The notes under the pieces are model-generated. The model worked only from the letters and a program-made list of their open reading frames with translations, made no database searches and was not told where the DNA came from. Both the position numbers and the translations under genes were made by a program. From NCBI GenBank assembly GCA_038064975.1, contig JBBTRX010000002.1:128880-192879 (forward strand): a DNA stretch of 64,000 nucleotides, written 5' to 3'. The DNA comes from Patescibacteria group bacterium (GTDB taxonomy: Bacteria; Patescibacteriota; Minisyncoccia; UBA6257; 1-14-0-10-40-38). Below are positions 8,695 to 19,177 of the stretch, in pieces; the first letter of the stretch is position 1, and each line of letters begins with the position of its first letter.

Positions 8695-9531
8695 TCATCC
8701 GCATCCGCAAATAAAAGTTGTTTGATCAAAAATCGCAGGACGCCCTAAGCATATCAAGTTTAAGCATCCAATAGGAACACCGACAACAGAGCAAGCGCAA
8801 CACGGCGCAACAAGATTAATACCAAACGGAATCGTTGGATCTCCAGACATAAAACAGGTCTGAGCATTCGCCTCGCTCACAAACGCTCCCGCGAGCGCTG
8901 AGCCAAACTCAGTGAAAATCCCAAGAGGATTTTTCAGCTCAAAATTGGATGGCACGCTTGCCTGCCCTCGTAGAATCACGGCTTCTTGAAGATGAAGCGC
9001 TCGCACGATTCCTATTCCCTGCAAGAATCCTGGGCGATCGTTTTCCGTGACAATCCCCTTTTCCCGCAAAAATTCAAACGTTTTTCCACCCCAAAACCCG
9101 AGAACTTTATCTTCATTATCAAAAACTTTCTTCTCCGCGACGGTAAGTACCCCCTCTTCTACCATAATATTCTGCAATGTATTCAAGGCAGAAAGATATT
9201 CCAGCGGATGCTGGATAGAAAAAATCTCAGCGTCAGTGGCATTCGTTGCGATAAGAGGACCAAGAAGCGCGTTGGGGTCGATCTTTGGGATTTTCGTCGT
9301 GTATTTATTTTCAGGAACAGTTTTTTGCGGATCGTTTACTTCTGTATTGCGATTACCGAAAAAAAGAGAGAATTCTTTTCCTTGTGGAATGTATGAATAT
9401 ATTTCTTTTTTTGTTTCTTCCACGCGAACAACGGGTGTCTCGCTTTGCTTTTCATTATTCCAAAGCAACACCACGAAAACCAATCCCAAAGTAAGAACTG
9501 TAGTAAAAATGGTTGCGAGAGTTATCTTCAT
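8695..9531 (-). CDS. hypothetical membrane-anchored/secreted protein with Cys/Gly-rich C-terminus
   Basis: N-terminal hydrophobic segment (MKITLATIFTTVLTLGLVFVVLL). The C-terminal 45 aa contain 9 Cys (CFMSGDP...APCCACSVVGVPIGCLNLICLGRP...FICGCG). Confidence 0.5.
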   Translation of the reverse strand: MKITLATIFTTVLTLGLVFVVLLWNNEKQSETPVVRVEETKKEIYSYIPQGKEFSLFFGNRNTEVNDPQKTVPENKYTTKIPKIDPNALLGPLIATNATDAEIFSIQHPLEYLSALNTLQNIMVEEGVLTVAEKKVFDNEDKVLGFWGGKTFEFLREKGIVTENDRPGFLQGIGIVRALHLQEAVILRGQASVPSNFELKNPLGIFTEFGSALAGAFVSEANAQTCFMSGDPTIPFGINLVAPCCACSVVGVPIGCLNLICLGRPAIFDQTTFICGCG

Positions 9532-9630
9532 AGCACAATAGACAATAAACAATAGACAATGAATAATGAGGGATAAATAACCCCTTTCGCATCATTCGCA
9601 TTATACATTTCGCATCGGCATCATACAAAC

Positions 9631-10440
9631 ATGGAACGACTTGGACAACATTTTTTAAACGATCAAAAAGCCGTAAACGCAACGCTAAAAGCCACGCGCC
9701 CCGAGAAAGGAGATGCTGTTATTGAGATTGGTCCCGGCAAAGGCGCCCTCACGCTCCCACTCGCAGAACTATGCAAAAAAACGCAATGTGATTTTTTTGC
9801 TATTGAAAAAGACACCAAGCTTGCGGTGCTCGTTGCGCGCGATCTCACCAAGAAATCAATACCTGGAGTTATTATCCAAGGGGACGCATTGCGCGTTCTA
9901 CCCGAACTTTACGAACGTTATCCCGCCCTTCGTGGAAAGAAACTCATCATCGTCGGGAATATTCCCTACTACATCACAGGACACCTCTTGAGAATCTTGA
10001 GCGAACTTGAACAAAGGCCAAAACGCACTGTTCTTATGGTTCAAGATGAAGTAGCAGAACGCATCGCCGCAGAGCCGGGGCATATGAATCTCCTAGCTGC
10101 AGCGACTCAGCTGTGGGCAACTCCAACAGTAATTCTCCGCGTACCAAAAACCTCATTCAAGCCAAAACCCAAGGTAGATTCAGCAATTATTGTACTCACC
10201 ACTAAGGATATTCCCGACAGTTTTCCAAAAAACCAGTACTATGCAGCGATAAAAATCTTATTCCGACAGCCCCGTAAGACATTATTTAACAATCTGCGTG
10301 CTCACAAAGCCTTATCTCCTGACAAGGCACGAGAAATGATGGATCGTTTCAAGATTAGAGAGACAACGCGTCCCCAAGATCTCTCATTAGAGCTGTTAAT
10401 AAAGATAGTGCGCGCGTTAGACGACTTTCGTGTGATATAA
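9631..10440 (+). CDS. rsmA: 16S rRNA (adenine1518/1519-N6)-dimethyltransferase RsmA/KsgA
   Basis: MERLGQHFLNDQ start with SAM-binding VIEIGPGKGALT. Length is 269 aa. Confidence 0.85.
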   Translation: MERLGQHFLNDQKAVNATLKATRPEKGDAVIEIGPGKGALTLPLAELCKKTQCDFFAIEKDTKLAVLVARDLTKKSIPGVIIQGDALRVLPELYERYPALRGKKLIIVGNIPYYITGHLLRILSELEQRPKRTVLMVQDEVAERIAAEPGHMNLLAAATQLWATPTVILRVPKTSFKPKPKVDSAIIVLTTKDIPDSFPKNQYYAAIKILFRQPRKTLFNNLRAHKALSPDKAREMMDRFKIRETTRPQDLSLELLIKIVRALDDFRVI

Positions 10441-10467
10441 TTGCTATAGCAAACGTGCGTTTTTGTT

Positions 10468-11214
10468 ATGGCAAAAAAAATCTTTTCACTATTTCTTATT
10501 GTGGGCGCAGGTATGGGCGCCGTTGTTCTTGTCGGTAGTGCTTCTCTTTCAGCGAAAGTCGCCTCTCCCAAGACTGCAATTCTTACTGAAGCCATTCCAA
10601 ATACGCCCGGGGCTACCGCCTCCACCCGCGCACGCAATGAAACCTTAAAGCTACTAGAGGGTACTCTTACAAAAATCAGAGAAGAGGCAAACAAATCTCC
10701 CGATCAGCAAATCAGCGGCGCTATTCCTAATATTAATCCTGAAGAAATCGCTGAAAGCATTTTAAGCGAAGGGCAAGCAGCGTTTGATCCTGAAACGTTT
10801 AGAGTTTCCGTGTCTCTAGAGTCGCTCATTATCACACCGAGCAAAGACAAGACGGCAATAGAATCCTATTTCAAAGGAGTACAAGCAATTCTCCAGAGCG
10901 CGAGCGCCATTACGCAGGAATTTACAAAAACAGATCCTTCCCCGAAAGCCTTCGGTGAAGTTGCAAAAACGGTCCACGACACTGCCACGAATCTTTACAC
11001 GCTTCCCGTCCCCGCTCCCGCGGCACATCTTCACGCGCGCCAAATCGGACTCATGCAAACACAGGCGAATATTTTTAGTGCCCTTGCGAAAGCCGACCAG
11101 GATCCTGTACTCGCGCTTTTTGCGCTTCAAACCCTGGAAGCATTACAGCCTGAATTTGATGCCGTAGGGAAAGATTTTTCCAATCTCTTAAGCCAATACG
11201 GCATTACCTATTAA
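10468..11214 (+). CDS. hypothetical secreted protein (first gene of T4SS-like cluster)
   Basis: N-terminal signal/TM (LFLIVGAGMGAVVLVGSASLSA). No catalytic motifs. Confidence 0.45.
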   Translation: MAKKIFSLFLIVGAGMGAVVLVGSASLSAKVASPKTAILTEAIPNTPGATASTRARNETLKLLEGTLTKIREEANKSPDQQISGAIPNINPEEIAESILSEGQAAFDPETFRVSVSLESLIITPSKDKTAIESYFKGVQAILQSASAITQEFTKTDPSPKAFGEVAKTVHDTATNLYTLPVPAPAAHLHARQIGLMQTQANIFSALAKADQDPVLALFALQTLEALQPEFDAVGKDFSNLLSQYGITY

Positions 11215-12717
11215 ATGAACCGAAGCATAGCCATAACGCTTGCGCTTGTAACCATACTCACGGTTTTTGGTCAGCCGCTTCTTTTCCCTCGCACTGTTCA
11301 AAAAGCTGAGGCAGCCGTTCCTGTTTGGGATATTACCGGTGCTCCAGTCCAAAGCTTCACGCAATCACTTCTTGAGTGGGCCTGGCGCTTTGCTCGAGAG
11401 ACGCTCCGCAGAAGAATTTTGGACATGATGGTTGATCAAATCATTCAGTGGATTAACGGGGGTGGAAAACCCCAATTTGTAAGTGATTGGGGAGGGTTTT
11501 TGGACGATGCCGCGAATATTGCGATTGGAGATTTTGCAGAAGAGATCGGTGCCGGATGGCTGTGCGATCCATTTAATTTTCAAATCCAAATAGCCCTATT
11601 GCCTGTTCCGCGATTCTCCCAGCAAGTTACCTGTACCCTAGATCAAATCGTTGGCAATATTGATAATTTTTATAACGACTTCAGAAATGGAAACTGGATT
11701 GCGTATACGGGATCACTAGAGCCGCAAAACAATTACTTTGGAGCAACGATCCTTGCAATATCAGAACGTGACAGAAGGATTTCACAAGCTCAGCAATCTG
11801 CACAAAACGAGGCGCTTGCCGGAGGAGGATTCTTAAGCTCAAAATCATGCAATGAAAGTGGCGGGAGCGGACCGGATTTGGACGGCGACGGAACCCCGGG
11901 AGACATTTCATCAACATGTGTCGTTACGACACCAGGAAGCACTGTGGGAGGGATTGTGAGTAAAGCCATCGGATCCGATATTGATTATCTCGTAAACGCC
12001 GAGGAGATTGAGGCATATGTAGGCGCAATCGCAAACGCTATTGTGAACCGACTCATCGTATCCGGAGTAAACGGCTTGAAGGGAGTTTCCACTCCGAACG
12101 CTCCCGCCGGAGGAACCATAGGAGGAGGATCCGGCCCATGCGCAGGACTTGTGGGAGTTCAGCTCACCGCATGCCAAGATTACGTTACTACTTCAAATAA
12201 TAATCTTGATTTTGCAAAATCAAGCACAATCAGCAATATCAATCAGGTCCTCTCCCCACTGCAGGGAGTAACAACTGCGCATGCATCCTCGCTTCAAGCA
12301 CTCAATCAATACGTCGCTGATCTGAATACCTTCCTCTCACAATTCAATGCACTTCCCAGCAATCCATTTATGGGAAAAGCATGCACGAATTTTGATACGT
12401 ATATCGCGAATATCAACGCCGAACTTGGATATGCGACAAGCACGATTGCGATCGTAACAAGTAAACAGAGCGCAAACCAAGCATGGATGGGGCAACTCAA
12501 TACTTCGGTACAAGGATTAAACGCACTCGCTCCGGACGATTGGGCAGGATTTAGCGCTATCGTTGCTCCGCTTCAAAACTCCGGTCTTCTAGATCAAAAT
12601 GCCGCAATTACCGCAGAGAATAATGCCGCTACCGAACTGCAAACCATTCAGACACATATTCAACAGGCAAAGACCGCAATTCAAAACAATTACACAAGTT
12701 GTCAGAATGGTAACTAG
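11215..12717 (+). CDS. hypothetical secreted protein, 500 aa
   Basis: Signal peptide (ITLALVTILTVFGQ). Long ORF immediately following the previous gene. Confidence 0.45.
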   Translation: MNRSIAITLALVTILTVFGQPLLFPRTVQKAEAAVPVWDITGAPVQSFTQSLLEWAWRFARETLRRRILDMMVDQIIQWINGGGKPQFVSDWGGFLDDAANIAIGDFAEEIGAGWLCDPFNFQIQIALLPVPRFSQQVTCTLDQIVGNIDNFYNDFRNGNWIAYTGSLEPQNNYFGATILAISERDRRISQAQQSAQNEALAGGGFLSSKSCNESGGSGPDLDGDGTPGDISSTCVVTTPGSTVGGIVSKAIGSDIDYLVNAEEIEAYVGAIANAIVNRLIVSGVNGLKGVSTPNAPAGGTIGGGSGPCAGLVGVQLTACQDYVTTSNNNLDFAKSSTISNINQVLSPLQGVTTAHASSLQALNQYVADLNTFLSQFNALPSNPFMGKACTNFDTYIANINAELGYATSTIAIVTSKQSANQAWMGQLNTSVQGLNALAPDDWAGFSAIVAPLQNSGLLDQNAAITAENNAATELQTIQTHIQQAKTAIQNNYTSCQNGN

Positions 12718-12720
12718 ACT

Positions 12721-14916
12721 ATGTTCGTAAAAATTGGAATAAGAAAAAAACACTGGATAACAATCTTTCTCTTCATGATCCTTGCCGGATCATTGCTAAG
12801 CGCATCTCCTTTTGCCCTCGCACAACAGCAAGGTCCTCCACCTGCAACTCAAGATCCGATAGGTCCGCCAGCTCCATCGCCTACGGACAATGAATCTAAG
12901 AACAATCCTACATGCAGTCTTTGGAGCGGCTTTTCTCTGGCTGATTGTATTTCCTTGGGCTTGAGTACTCTTTTCTATGTTATCTATTCCGCAATTGGCT
13001 CGCTTATAAACTTCCTCGCAGTTGTTATTGAATTCATTATTGATCTTAGTAAAGATATCGTTGGAAGTTCTCTCGTTCGCATTGGATTCTCTATCACGCT
13101 TGGAATCGCTAATCTCGGATTTGTTCTTGCGATTATTGTTATCGCATTTGCTACAATCCTCCGCATAGAAAAATACGCACTAAAACAAACGCTTTGGAAG
13201 CTTATCGTCGCTGCAGTGCTTATCAATTTCAGTCTCGGACTTGCCGGACTCATTATTGATTTTACAAACGTCTTCTCATATTTCTTTATAGAAGAAATCC
13301 AAAAGGCAGGAGATCTCGGCGGACAACTTGCGAATGCAATGCAGATACAGAATCTTGTAAAAGTTGACGGTGCTAAAGGACTCGCGGAAGCGGGAGGGCA
13401 GAGTCTTATCAACTTTGGTGGGGCACTTTTGGGATTCATCATATCTCTTCTTATCGCAGTTCTTTTTTCCGCAATCATTGTGATTGTATTTGGAGCACTC
13501 GCTTTTATGCTTGTTGTCCGTTACGTTTACATCGTTTTCCTTCTCATACTTATGCCTATCGCATGGCTCTGTTGGGTTGTCCCCGACCTTTCAAAGCATT
13601 GGCGTAATTGGTGGGACACCTTTATCCAATGGACGTTTTTCTTGCCTGCTATGACGTTCTTTATGTATCTCGGCATCGTAGCCATTGCGGGAACCGCAAC
13701 ACAGCCTGGCCTTAATAAAACGGTTTCCGATAGCGTAGCTTTGGATAGTGTTTCCGCTAAAGCACTAGATGGATTTGTAATACAAACTGGCGGCGCTGAA
13801 CAATTTCTCCAAATCTTAATAGCAATCGGTATCTTTGTCGGAGGTTTAATAGCCGCCCAAAAAATGAGTATCGCCGGAGCTGCGAGCGCAGTAGGTTTCG
13901 TGAAGAGTGCAAAAGATAAAGCCATAGGAGCTCTGGGATACACCGCTCGCTTACCATACCGTGCCGCAGGAGCAGCTAAAAGAGCGGCGATTGGCGAAGA
14001 TGTTACGAGGAGAGCCGCAACTCACCTCACCAGATCAGAACCATTTAAAAAATGGACGGAAAATCGCCAAAAAAGTAACAGTTTCCTTGTTCGAAGCGTT
14101 GGGAATGTCGCCGCAAAATTAGGAACTCTCCAAGGGGAACAACTAGCGTCTCAAGCGAGCGAGCGAGTCAAGAATATTCCAAAAAGCCAGCTCGCATTTC
14201 AAATACGAGATTTAAAAGGAGCTGATTATGCCCAAGGATTGGCGCGCGCCGTTAAAGAAGGGGTTGCGGATAAAATCCCTAACCTTGGCGAAATCATCGG
14301 GAATGAAAAAACAAAGGAAATTTTTAAAAGCTTTGGGATGGAGAAGGATTATGGCAATCTTGAAAATGCATTTGGCGCAGATACTGCCATGGTTCAGGCC
14401 GCACGGAAAGATGATGGAGCAGCGTTAACAAAAGCCTCTCTAGAATTCCATAATAAAAAGAGTCTAGAAGACTATAAAAAATTCCCATCGGAATGGTTAA
14501 AGGAATTTGATCCGAAGAAGCGCTTTGCCGGCATGGACCAATCGCTGTTTGAAAAATTAAGTAGCGCAAATTTAAGAACTATCGGAAATACAAATCCAGG
14601 CGCTTTAGGAAAAATGATGCCAAAATTTTCAGGTAAAGATTTTGCTGAATTTCAAAAGAAGCTTTTCCAAGAATTTAGAAATGACTTTGATATGATTATC
14701 GAACACGAGGGGAAAAAATTTGCTCGCGATTCGGTTTTTGATGATTTACAATCCTTAGATCAAAAAATTGCCTTTGAAGCGCGCAGTATTCTCACAAGTG
14801 GTTTGGAAAAGATAAATAAAAATCTCCATCGATCGCTTACAAAAAATATGGGGGATCGCATAACTGGTGCCACAGCTGAAACTCCGCCGCCAGGCACACC
14901 TCCACAAACCCCATAA
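12721..14916 (+). CDS. polytopic membrane protein, putative VirB6/TrbL-like T4SS component with large C-terminal soluble domain
   Basis: At least 6 hydrophobic helices in the N-terminal 400 aa, then a charged C-terminal domain ending in PPPGTPPQTP. It sits beside the VirB4-like ATPase. Confidence 0.45.
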   Translation: MFVKIGIRKKHWITIFLFMILAGSLLSASPFALAQQQGPPPATQDPIGPPAPSPTDNESKNNPTCSLWSGFSLADCISLGLSTLFYVIYSAIGSLINFLAVVIEFIIDLSKDIVGSSLVRIGFSITLGIANLGFVLAIIVIAFATILRIEKYALKQTLWKLIVAAVLINFSLGLAGLIIDFTNVFSYFFIEEIQKAGDLGGQLANAMQIQNLVKVDGAKGLAEAGGQSLINFGGALLGFIISLLIAVLFSAIIVIVFGALAFMLVVRYVYIVFLLILMPIAWLCWVVPDLSKHWRNWWDTFIQWTFFLPAMTFFMYLGIVAIAGTATQPGLNKTVSDSVALDSVSAKALDGFVIQTGGAEQFLQILIAIGIFVGGLIAAQKMSIAGAASAVGFVKSAKDKAIGALGYTARLPYRAAGAAKRAAIGEDVTRRAATHLTRSEPFKKWTENRQKSNSFLVRSVGNVAAKLGTLQGEQLASQASERVKNIPKSQLAFQIRDLKGADYAQGLARAVKEGVADKIPNLGEIIGNEKTKEIFKSFGMEKDYGNLENAFGADTAMVQAARKDDGAALTKASLEFHNKKSLEDYKKFPSEWLKEFDPKKRFAGMDQSLFEKLSSANLRTIGNTNPGALGKMMPKFSGKDFAEFQKKLFQEFRNDFDMIIEHEGKKFARDSVFDDLQSLDQKIAFEARSILTSGLEKINKNLHRSLTKNMGDRITGATAETPPPGTPPQTP

Positions 14917-14923
14917 ACCATTT

Positions 14924-15607
14924 ATGATAACTATCTCTCAAAAACAAGCATTAGATAGATGGGATACTCTTACCGAAAAGCTTCGGGAGGCTTTGTTTTC
15001 TTCTGAATATGCGGATATTGTTTGGTCCATCGCTGAAAAAAGAAAAATGGAAGAAAACCAAATACACATCCTTGCGACAGCCGCAGGAGATGTTGTAATG
15101 GGCTTTATCCCCTCCAGCCCGTCGGAATTTGCGAAAGAACTTATGACTCGTCTCTCCATTAAAGAGAGCGATGCGTTGGAGATGGCACGTGAGCTTGATG
15201 TAAAAATATTCGCCAATCTAAAACAAGATATAGATAAAGTCTTCTCTGTACCCAAAGACCACAAAGAACCTCCTCCATTTAATCCTCAAATGAGACCAGC
15301 GGAGCCTGTCCCCGTTATGAACGATATCGTTGCAGGGAATGGAAATGGTGAAACAAAACAAAATCACGTCGCACCAAGCCAAGAAGAAACGCATATAGAT
15401 GAGCCGTTTATTCTCCATCGCGAAGATGCTGGAGTAGCACGTGAAATTCCCGCAGAAGAACCCTTTGTACGCTTTGAGGCACAAAGATTTTCCGGCACCC
15501 AACCAACCGCAAAACCAGCAACCGCTCGCATCGAAGGATTAAACAACGAACCCAAGAAAGAGCGCGTAGTACATTATAGTAGTGAGAGAACACCGCTAGA
15601 AGACTAG
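14924..15607 (+). CDS. hypothetical protein
   Basis: ORF of about 228 aa from the internal Met (MITISQKQALDRW). No recognisable motifs. Confidence 0.4.
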   Translation: MITISQKQALDRWDTLTEKLREALFSSEYADIVWSIAEKRKMEENQIHILATAAGDVVMGFIPSSPSEFAKELMTRLSIKESDALEMARELDVKIFANLKQDIDKVFSVPKDHKEPPPFNPQMRPAEPVPVMNDIVAGNGNGETKQNHVAPSQEETHIDEPFILHREDAGVAREIPAEEPFVRFEAQRFSGTQPTAKPATARIEGLNNEPKKERVVHYSSERTPLED

Positions 15608-15685
15608 CTTAAAGTTAATGAGTTACTCCCCTTTCGGGGATACAGTTGATCGGTTGATGAGTTAAGAGGTAATCCATAAGAATGT

Positions 15686-16081
15686 ATGGCAACAGGAATA
15701 GAAAACCTAAAGATTTATACTCTCGCCAAAGACCTGGAAATTGAGGTGCATATAGCCGTAAAAAATTTCCCTAGAGAAGAGCGATTTAGGAGCATTGATC
15801 AGCTCAAGCGATCATCCGCATCAGTTGCGAATAATATTGCCGAAGCTTATTACAAGAAGTCTCCAAAAGAGAAGATTAGAATATTAAGAGGTATCGCAAT
15901 TTCTGAAGCGGAAGAGACAAGAACGAATCTTACGCGATGTGCTGAAAAGGAATTTATCACACCAGAGGCAATTTCGGGTATTATAGGAAGGTATATTGAA
16001 CTTCGGATGGCGATTTTTGGATATATCAAGTTCTTAGAGCAATACAAGAAAGACCAAGTTAAAAACTCTTCAACTCATTAA
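15686..16081 (+). CDS. four-helix-bundle protein (family often found in 23S rRNA intervening sequences)
   Basis: 131 aa with the characteristic LAKDLEIEVHIAVKNFPREERFRSIDQLKRSSASVANNIAEAY signature of the four-helix-bundle family. Confidence 0.6.
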   Translation: MATGIENLKIYTLAKDLEIEVHIAVKNFPREERFRSIDQLKRSSASVANNIAEAYYKKSPKEKIRILRGIAISEAEETRTNLTRCAEKEFITPEAISGIIGRYIELRMAIFGYIKFLEQYKKDQVKNSSTH

Positions 16082-16102
16082 CTCATCACCTGATTAACTA
16101 TT

Positions 16103-16615
16103 GTGCAATTCCAAGTTCCTCAATTTATTGATTTCTCTCCGAAGATCGTGGGGCCCCTCTCCATTAAGCAATTTCTGTATCTTGCTGGAGCCGCAGTACC
16201 GACGTTTATCTTTTACTTTATGTTTAATTTCTGGCTTTGGATTATCGTGAGCGCGATTCTTTGGGTCATAGCCCTGCCGCTCGCATTCGCTAAGTACAAT
16301 GGCCAGCCAATCCCCCGTATTATGGGCGCAGCACTCCTCTACTTTTGGAAACCGCGTTTTTATCTGTGGAAACGAGAGGAAGCCCATCTCAATCTGCCCA
16401 GTATGCCAAGATTGCCGCGTGAATCATTTATTGAAACACAGAAGAAAACACTAAAAGACCTTATCTTAAAGATAACGACTACGACACATCCTATTGAAAA
16501 ACGCGAGAAACCTCTGCAATTTCTACAAGCATTCGGCACAACAAAAGACAATTTTGAGCGCGTCCGCAAGAATACGGGAGAACGCCGTGTCGCAAAGCGC
16601 GTTGACTACCGGTAG
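16103..16615 (+). CDS. PrgI/VirB3-like small membrane protein (putative)
   Basis: 170 aa with two adjacent TM helices near the N-terminus (FLYLAGAAVPTFIFYFMFNFWLWIIVSAILWVIALPLAF), immediately upstream of the VirB4 genes. Confidence 0.4.
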   Translation: MQFQVPQFIDFSPKIVGPLSIKQFLYLAGAAVPTFIFYFMFNFWLWIIVSAILWVIALPLAFAKYNGQPIPRIMGAALLYFWKPRFYLWKREEAHLNLPSMPRLPRESFIETQKKTLKDLILKITTTTHPIEKREKPLQFLQAFGTTKDNFERVRKNTGERRVAKRVDYR

Positions 16616-16769
16616 TGCTGAAACTTACGACTTACAACTAACTACAAAGAAAAACAGATGGTCGGATAGAGTGTTATAAGTTATTTGTTGTCAGTTATTA
16701 GTTGTCTGTTGTCGGTCAAGGTTATTTACTGTTTTCTCCGCTTTATACTTTATACTTTGTGCCTTATAC

Positions 16770-17465
16770 TTGAATGGTATGCCGGATAAAACAGCAGCAT
16801 TCCCCACGCAGGAATTTATTGAAGCCGAATCCGTTCAGGACGGAACGGTCATTTTAAAAAACGGTGGTATCCGCCAGATTCTTGTTGTATCTGGAGTCAA
16901 TTTTGATTTGAAGTCTGAAGAAGAGCAGGGAATGATCATTAACGGGTTTCAAAACTTTTTTAATTCCCTGGACTTTACCGTCCAGATTTTTATCCATTCT
17001 CGCAAACTGAATATTGATGCTTATTTGGAGTCCGTCTCTATGAGAGAGACTCAAGAGCCGAACGAACTATTACGTAATCTCATTGGAGAATATCGTGAAT
17101 TCATTAAGGCATTCATTACGGAGAACGCGATTATGAGTAAATCGTTTTTTGTCATCGTCCCCTACAATCCGGTTTCTTTATCCGAAGGGGGCGAAGCTAT
17201 TACTGGCAAGATTTTTGGATTTCTCAAGAGCAAGGGAATTCAAAAGCCAATTGACCGCCTTCCCGAAGGGCAAAATAAAGACGAGCAATTGCGGCACAAT
17301 ATTGATCAGCTTTCAGAGCGCGTGAATGAAATTGTGAATGGACTAAATCAAATGGATCTTCGCGCTATTCCTTTAAACACCGATGAAGTTATTGAGCTGC
17401 TCTATAACCTTTATAATCCAGATGCCATAGAAAAAAAGGGTATCGGAGCCGAACCAAAATCATGA
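16770..17465 (+). CDS. VirB4/TrbE-like protein, N-terminal domain (split gene)
   Basis: 231-aa ORF whose TGA stop overlaps the ATG of the ATPase ORF by 4 nt. Position and length match a VirB4 N-terminal domain. Confidence 0.5.
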   Translation: MNGMPDKTAAFPTQEFIEAESVQDGTVILKNGGIRQILVVSGVNFDLKSEEEQGMIINGFQNFFNSLDFTVQIFIHSRKLNIDAYLESVSMRETQEPNELLRNLIGEYREFIKAFITENAIMSKSFFVIVPYNPVSLSEGGEAITGKIFGFLKSKGIQKPIDRLPEGQNKDEQLRHNIDQLSERVNEIVNGLNQMDLRAIPLNTDEVIELLYNLYNPDAIEKKGIGAEPKS

Positions 17466-19159
17466 ACAAAGAAATTAAGGATCTTATCGCACCTTCCGCT
17501 CTTGAAATCGGAGCGAACTATATCCGACTCGGCAATAAGATTGCAAAAACAATTTTCATATTCACCTATCCTCGATATCTTTCCACCGGCTGGTTTTCTC
17601 CCATCATTAATATGCCGGATCTCTTGGATATCTCTATTTTTGTAAATCCCGTAGAGACTTCGCTCGCGCTTAAAAATCTCCGTAAAAAAGCTGCACAAGT
17701 TCAGGCACAAATTAATGAATCCGAAGAAAAGGGCCTTGTTCGCAATCCCCAGCTTGAAACCGCGATCCAAGACATTGAAAATCTCCGGGACTCGCTCCAA
17801 CAAGCGCAGGAAAATCTTTTTAGCGTCGCAGTCTATATCACAATGTACGCTCCGGATGAAAAATCCCTTTCAAAATTGGAGAGTCAAGTGACGTCCCTCC
17901 TAGAAAGTCGCCTTGTCTATGCAAAACCAACAACATTCCAGCAACTGGAGGGATTTACCTCATGTCTTCCATTAGGGCTTGATAAACTTGGCATTACAAC
18001 AACGCTCAATTCCAGCCCACTCTCTTCGCTCTTTCCATTTGTATCAGTAAATCTTACCTCAGACGAAGGGATTCTCTACGGCGTAAATCGCCACGATAAT
18101 ACGCTCATTATCTTTGACCGATTCTCTTTAGAGAATTCCAATATGGTTATCTTCGCAAAATCCGGAGCCGGAAAATCATACACTACTAAACTGGAAGCGA
18201 TTCGCCTCCTTATGATGGGTACAGACGTTATTATTGTGGATCCGGAAAATGAATATGAGCGCCTTGCGGAAGCGGTAGGTGGCAGTTTTTTCCGCATTTC
18301 CCTTACCTCGGGACACCACATCAATCCGTTTGATCTCCCCAAAATACCGAAAGATGAAAATCCGGATGACGCACTCCGCTCCCATATTATTACGCTCACG
18401 GGACTTCTCAAGATTATGTTGGGCAAAATGAGGCCGAGCGAAGAAGCTCTTTTAGATCGCGCTATCACCGAAACCTATGCATCGCGCGAAATCGTGCCCG
18501 GTAAAGATTTCTCCAACGCTACGTCTCCTCTTTTGGAAGACTTAGAGTCCGTGCTTAAAAACATGGAGGGTGGACAGAGCATCGCAGAGCGACTCTATAA
18601 ATTTACGAAAGGTAGTTATTCCGGCTTTATGAATAGCGCAACGAATATTGATATTGATAACCGCCTCATTGTGTTTTCTATTCGAGACCTTGAAGATGAA
18701 CTCCGTCCGGTAGCGATGTACATTATATTGAACTTTATCTGGAGCTTGGTACGCGCGGAACTTAAAAAACGGATTATGATCGTGGACGAAGCATGGTGGA
18801 TGATGAAACACGAAGATGGTGCATCATTCCTCTTCGGACTCGTAAAGCGCGCGCGCAAGTATTTCCTAGGCGTTACGACCATAACGCAAGACGTAGAAGA
18901 TTTTCTCCGCTCCCCTTATGGCAAACCGATTATCACCAACTCCTCCCTTCAAATCCTCTTAAAACAAGCTCCTGCCGCAATAGACGTCGTTGCAAAGACA
19001 TTCAGCCTTACTGAAGGCGAAAAAAATCTTCTTCTTGAAGCGGAGGTTGGCCAAGGACTTTTCTTTGCAGGGTTAAATCGCGCTGCAATTCAGATTGTCG
19101 CTTCATACCTGGAAGATAAAATTATTACCACGAAGCCAGAGGATATTCTTAAGGCATAG
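17462..19159 (+). CDS. VirB4/TrbE/CagE-family T4SS ATPase (C-terminal ATPase part)
   Basis: Walker A IFAKSGAGKSYTTK, Walker B IMIVDEAWWMM, and conserved VirB4 C-terminal blocks (ITQDVEDF). Confidence 0.75.
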   Translation: MNKEIKDLIAPSALEIGANYIRLGNKIAKTIFIFTYPRYLSTGWFSPIINMPDLLDISIFVNPVETSLALKNLRKKAAQVQAQINESEEKGLVRNPQLETAIQDIENLRDSLQQAQENLFSVAVYITMYAPDEKSLSKLESQVTSLLESRLVYAKPTTFQQLEGFTSCLPLGLDKLGITTTLNSSPLSSLFPFVSVNLTSDEGILYGVNRHDNTLIIFDRFSLENSNMVIFAKSGAGKSYTTKLEAIRLLMMGTDVIIVDPENEYERLAEAVGGSFFRISLTSGHHINPFDLPKIPKDENPDDALRSHIITLTGLLKIMLGKMRPSEEALLDRAITETYASREIVPGKDFSNATSPLLEDLESVLKNMEGGQSIAERLYKFTKGSYSGFMNSATNIDIDNRLIVFSIRDLEDELRPVAMYIILNFIWSLVRAELKKRIMIVDEAWWMMKHEDGASFLFGLVKRARKYFLGVTTITQDVEDFLRSPYGKPIITNSSLQILLKQAPAAIDVVAKTFSLTEGEKNLLLEAEVGQGLFFAGLNRAAIQIVASYLEDKIITTKPEDILKA

Positions 19160-19177
19160 TGCGATATACTAATAGGT

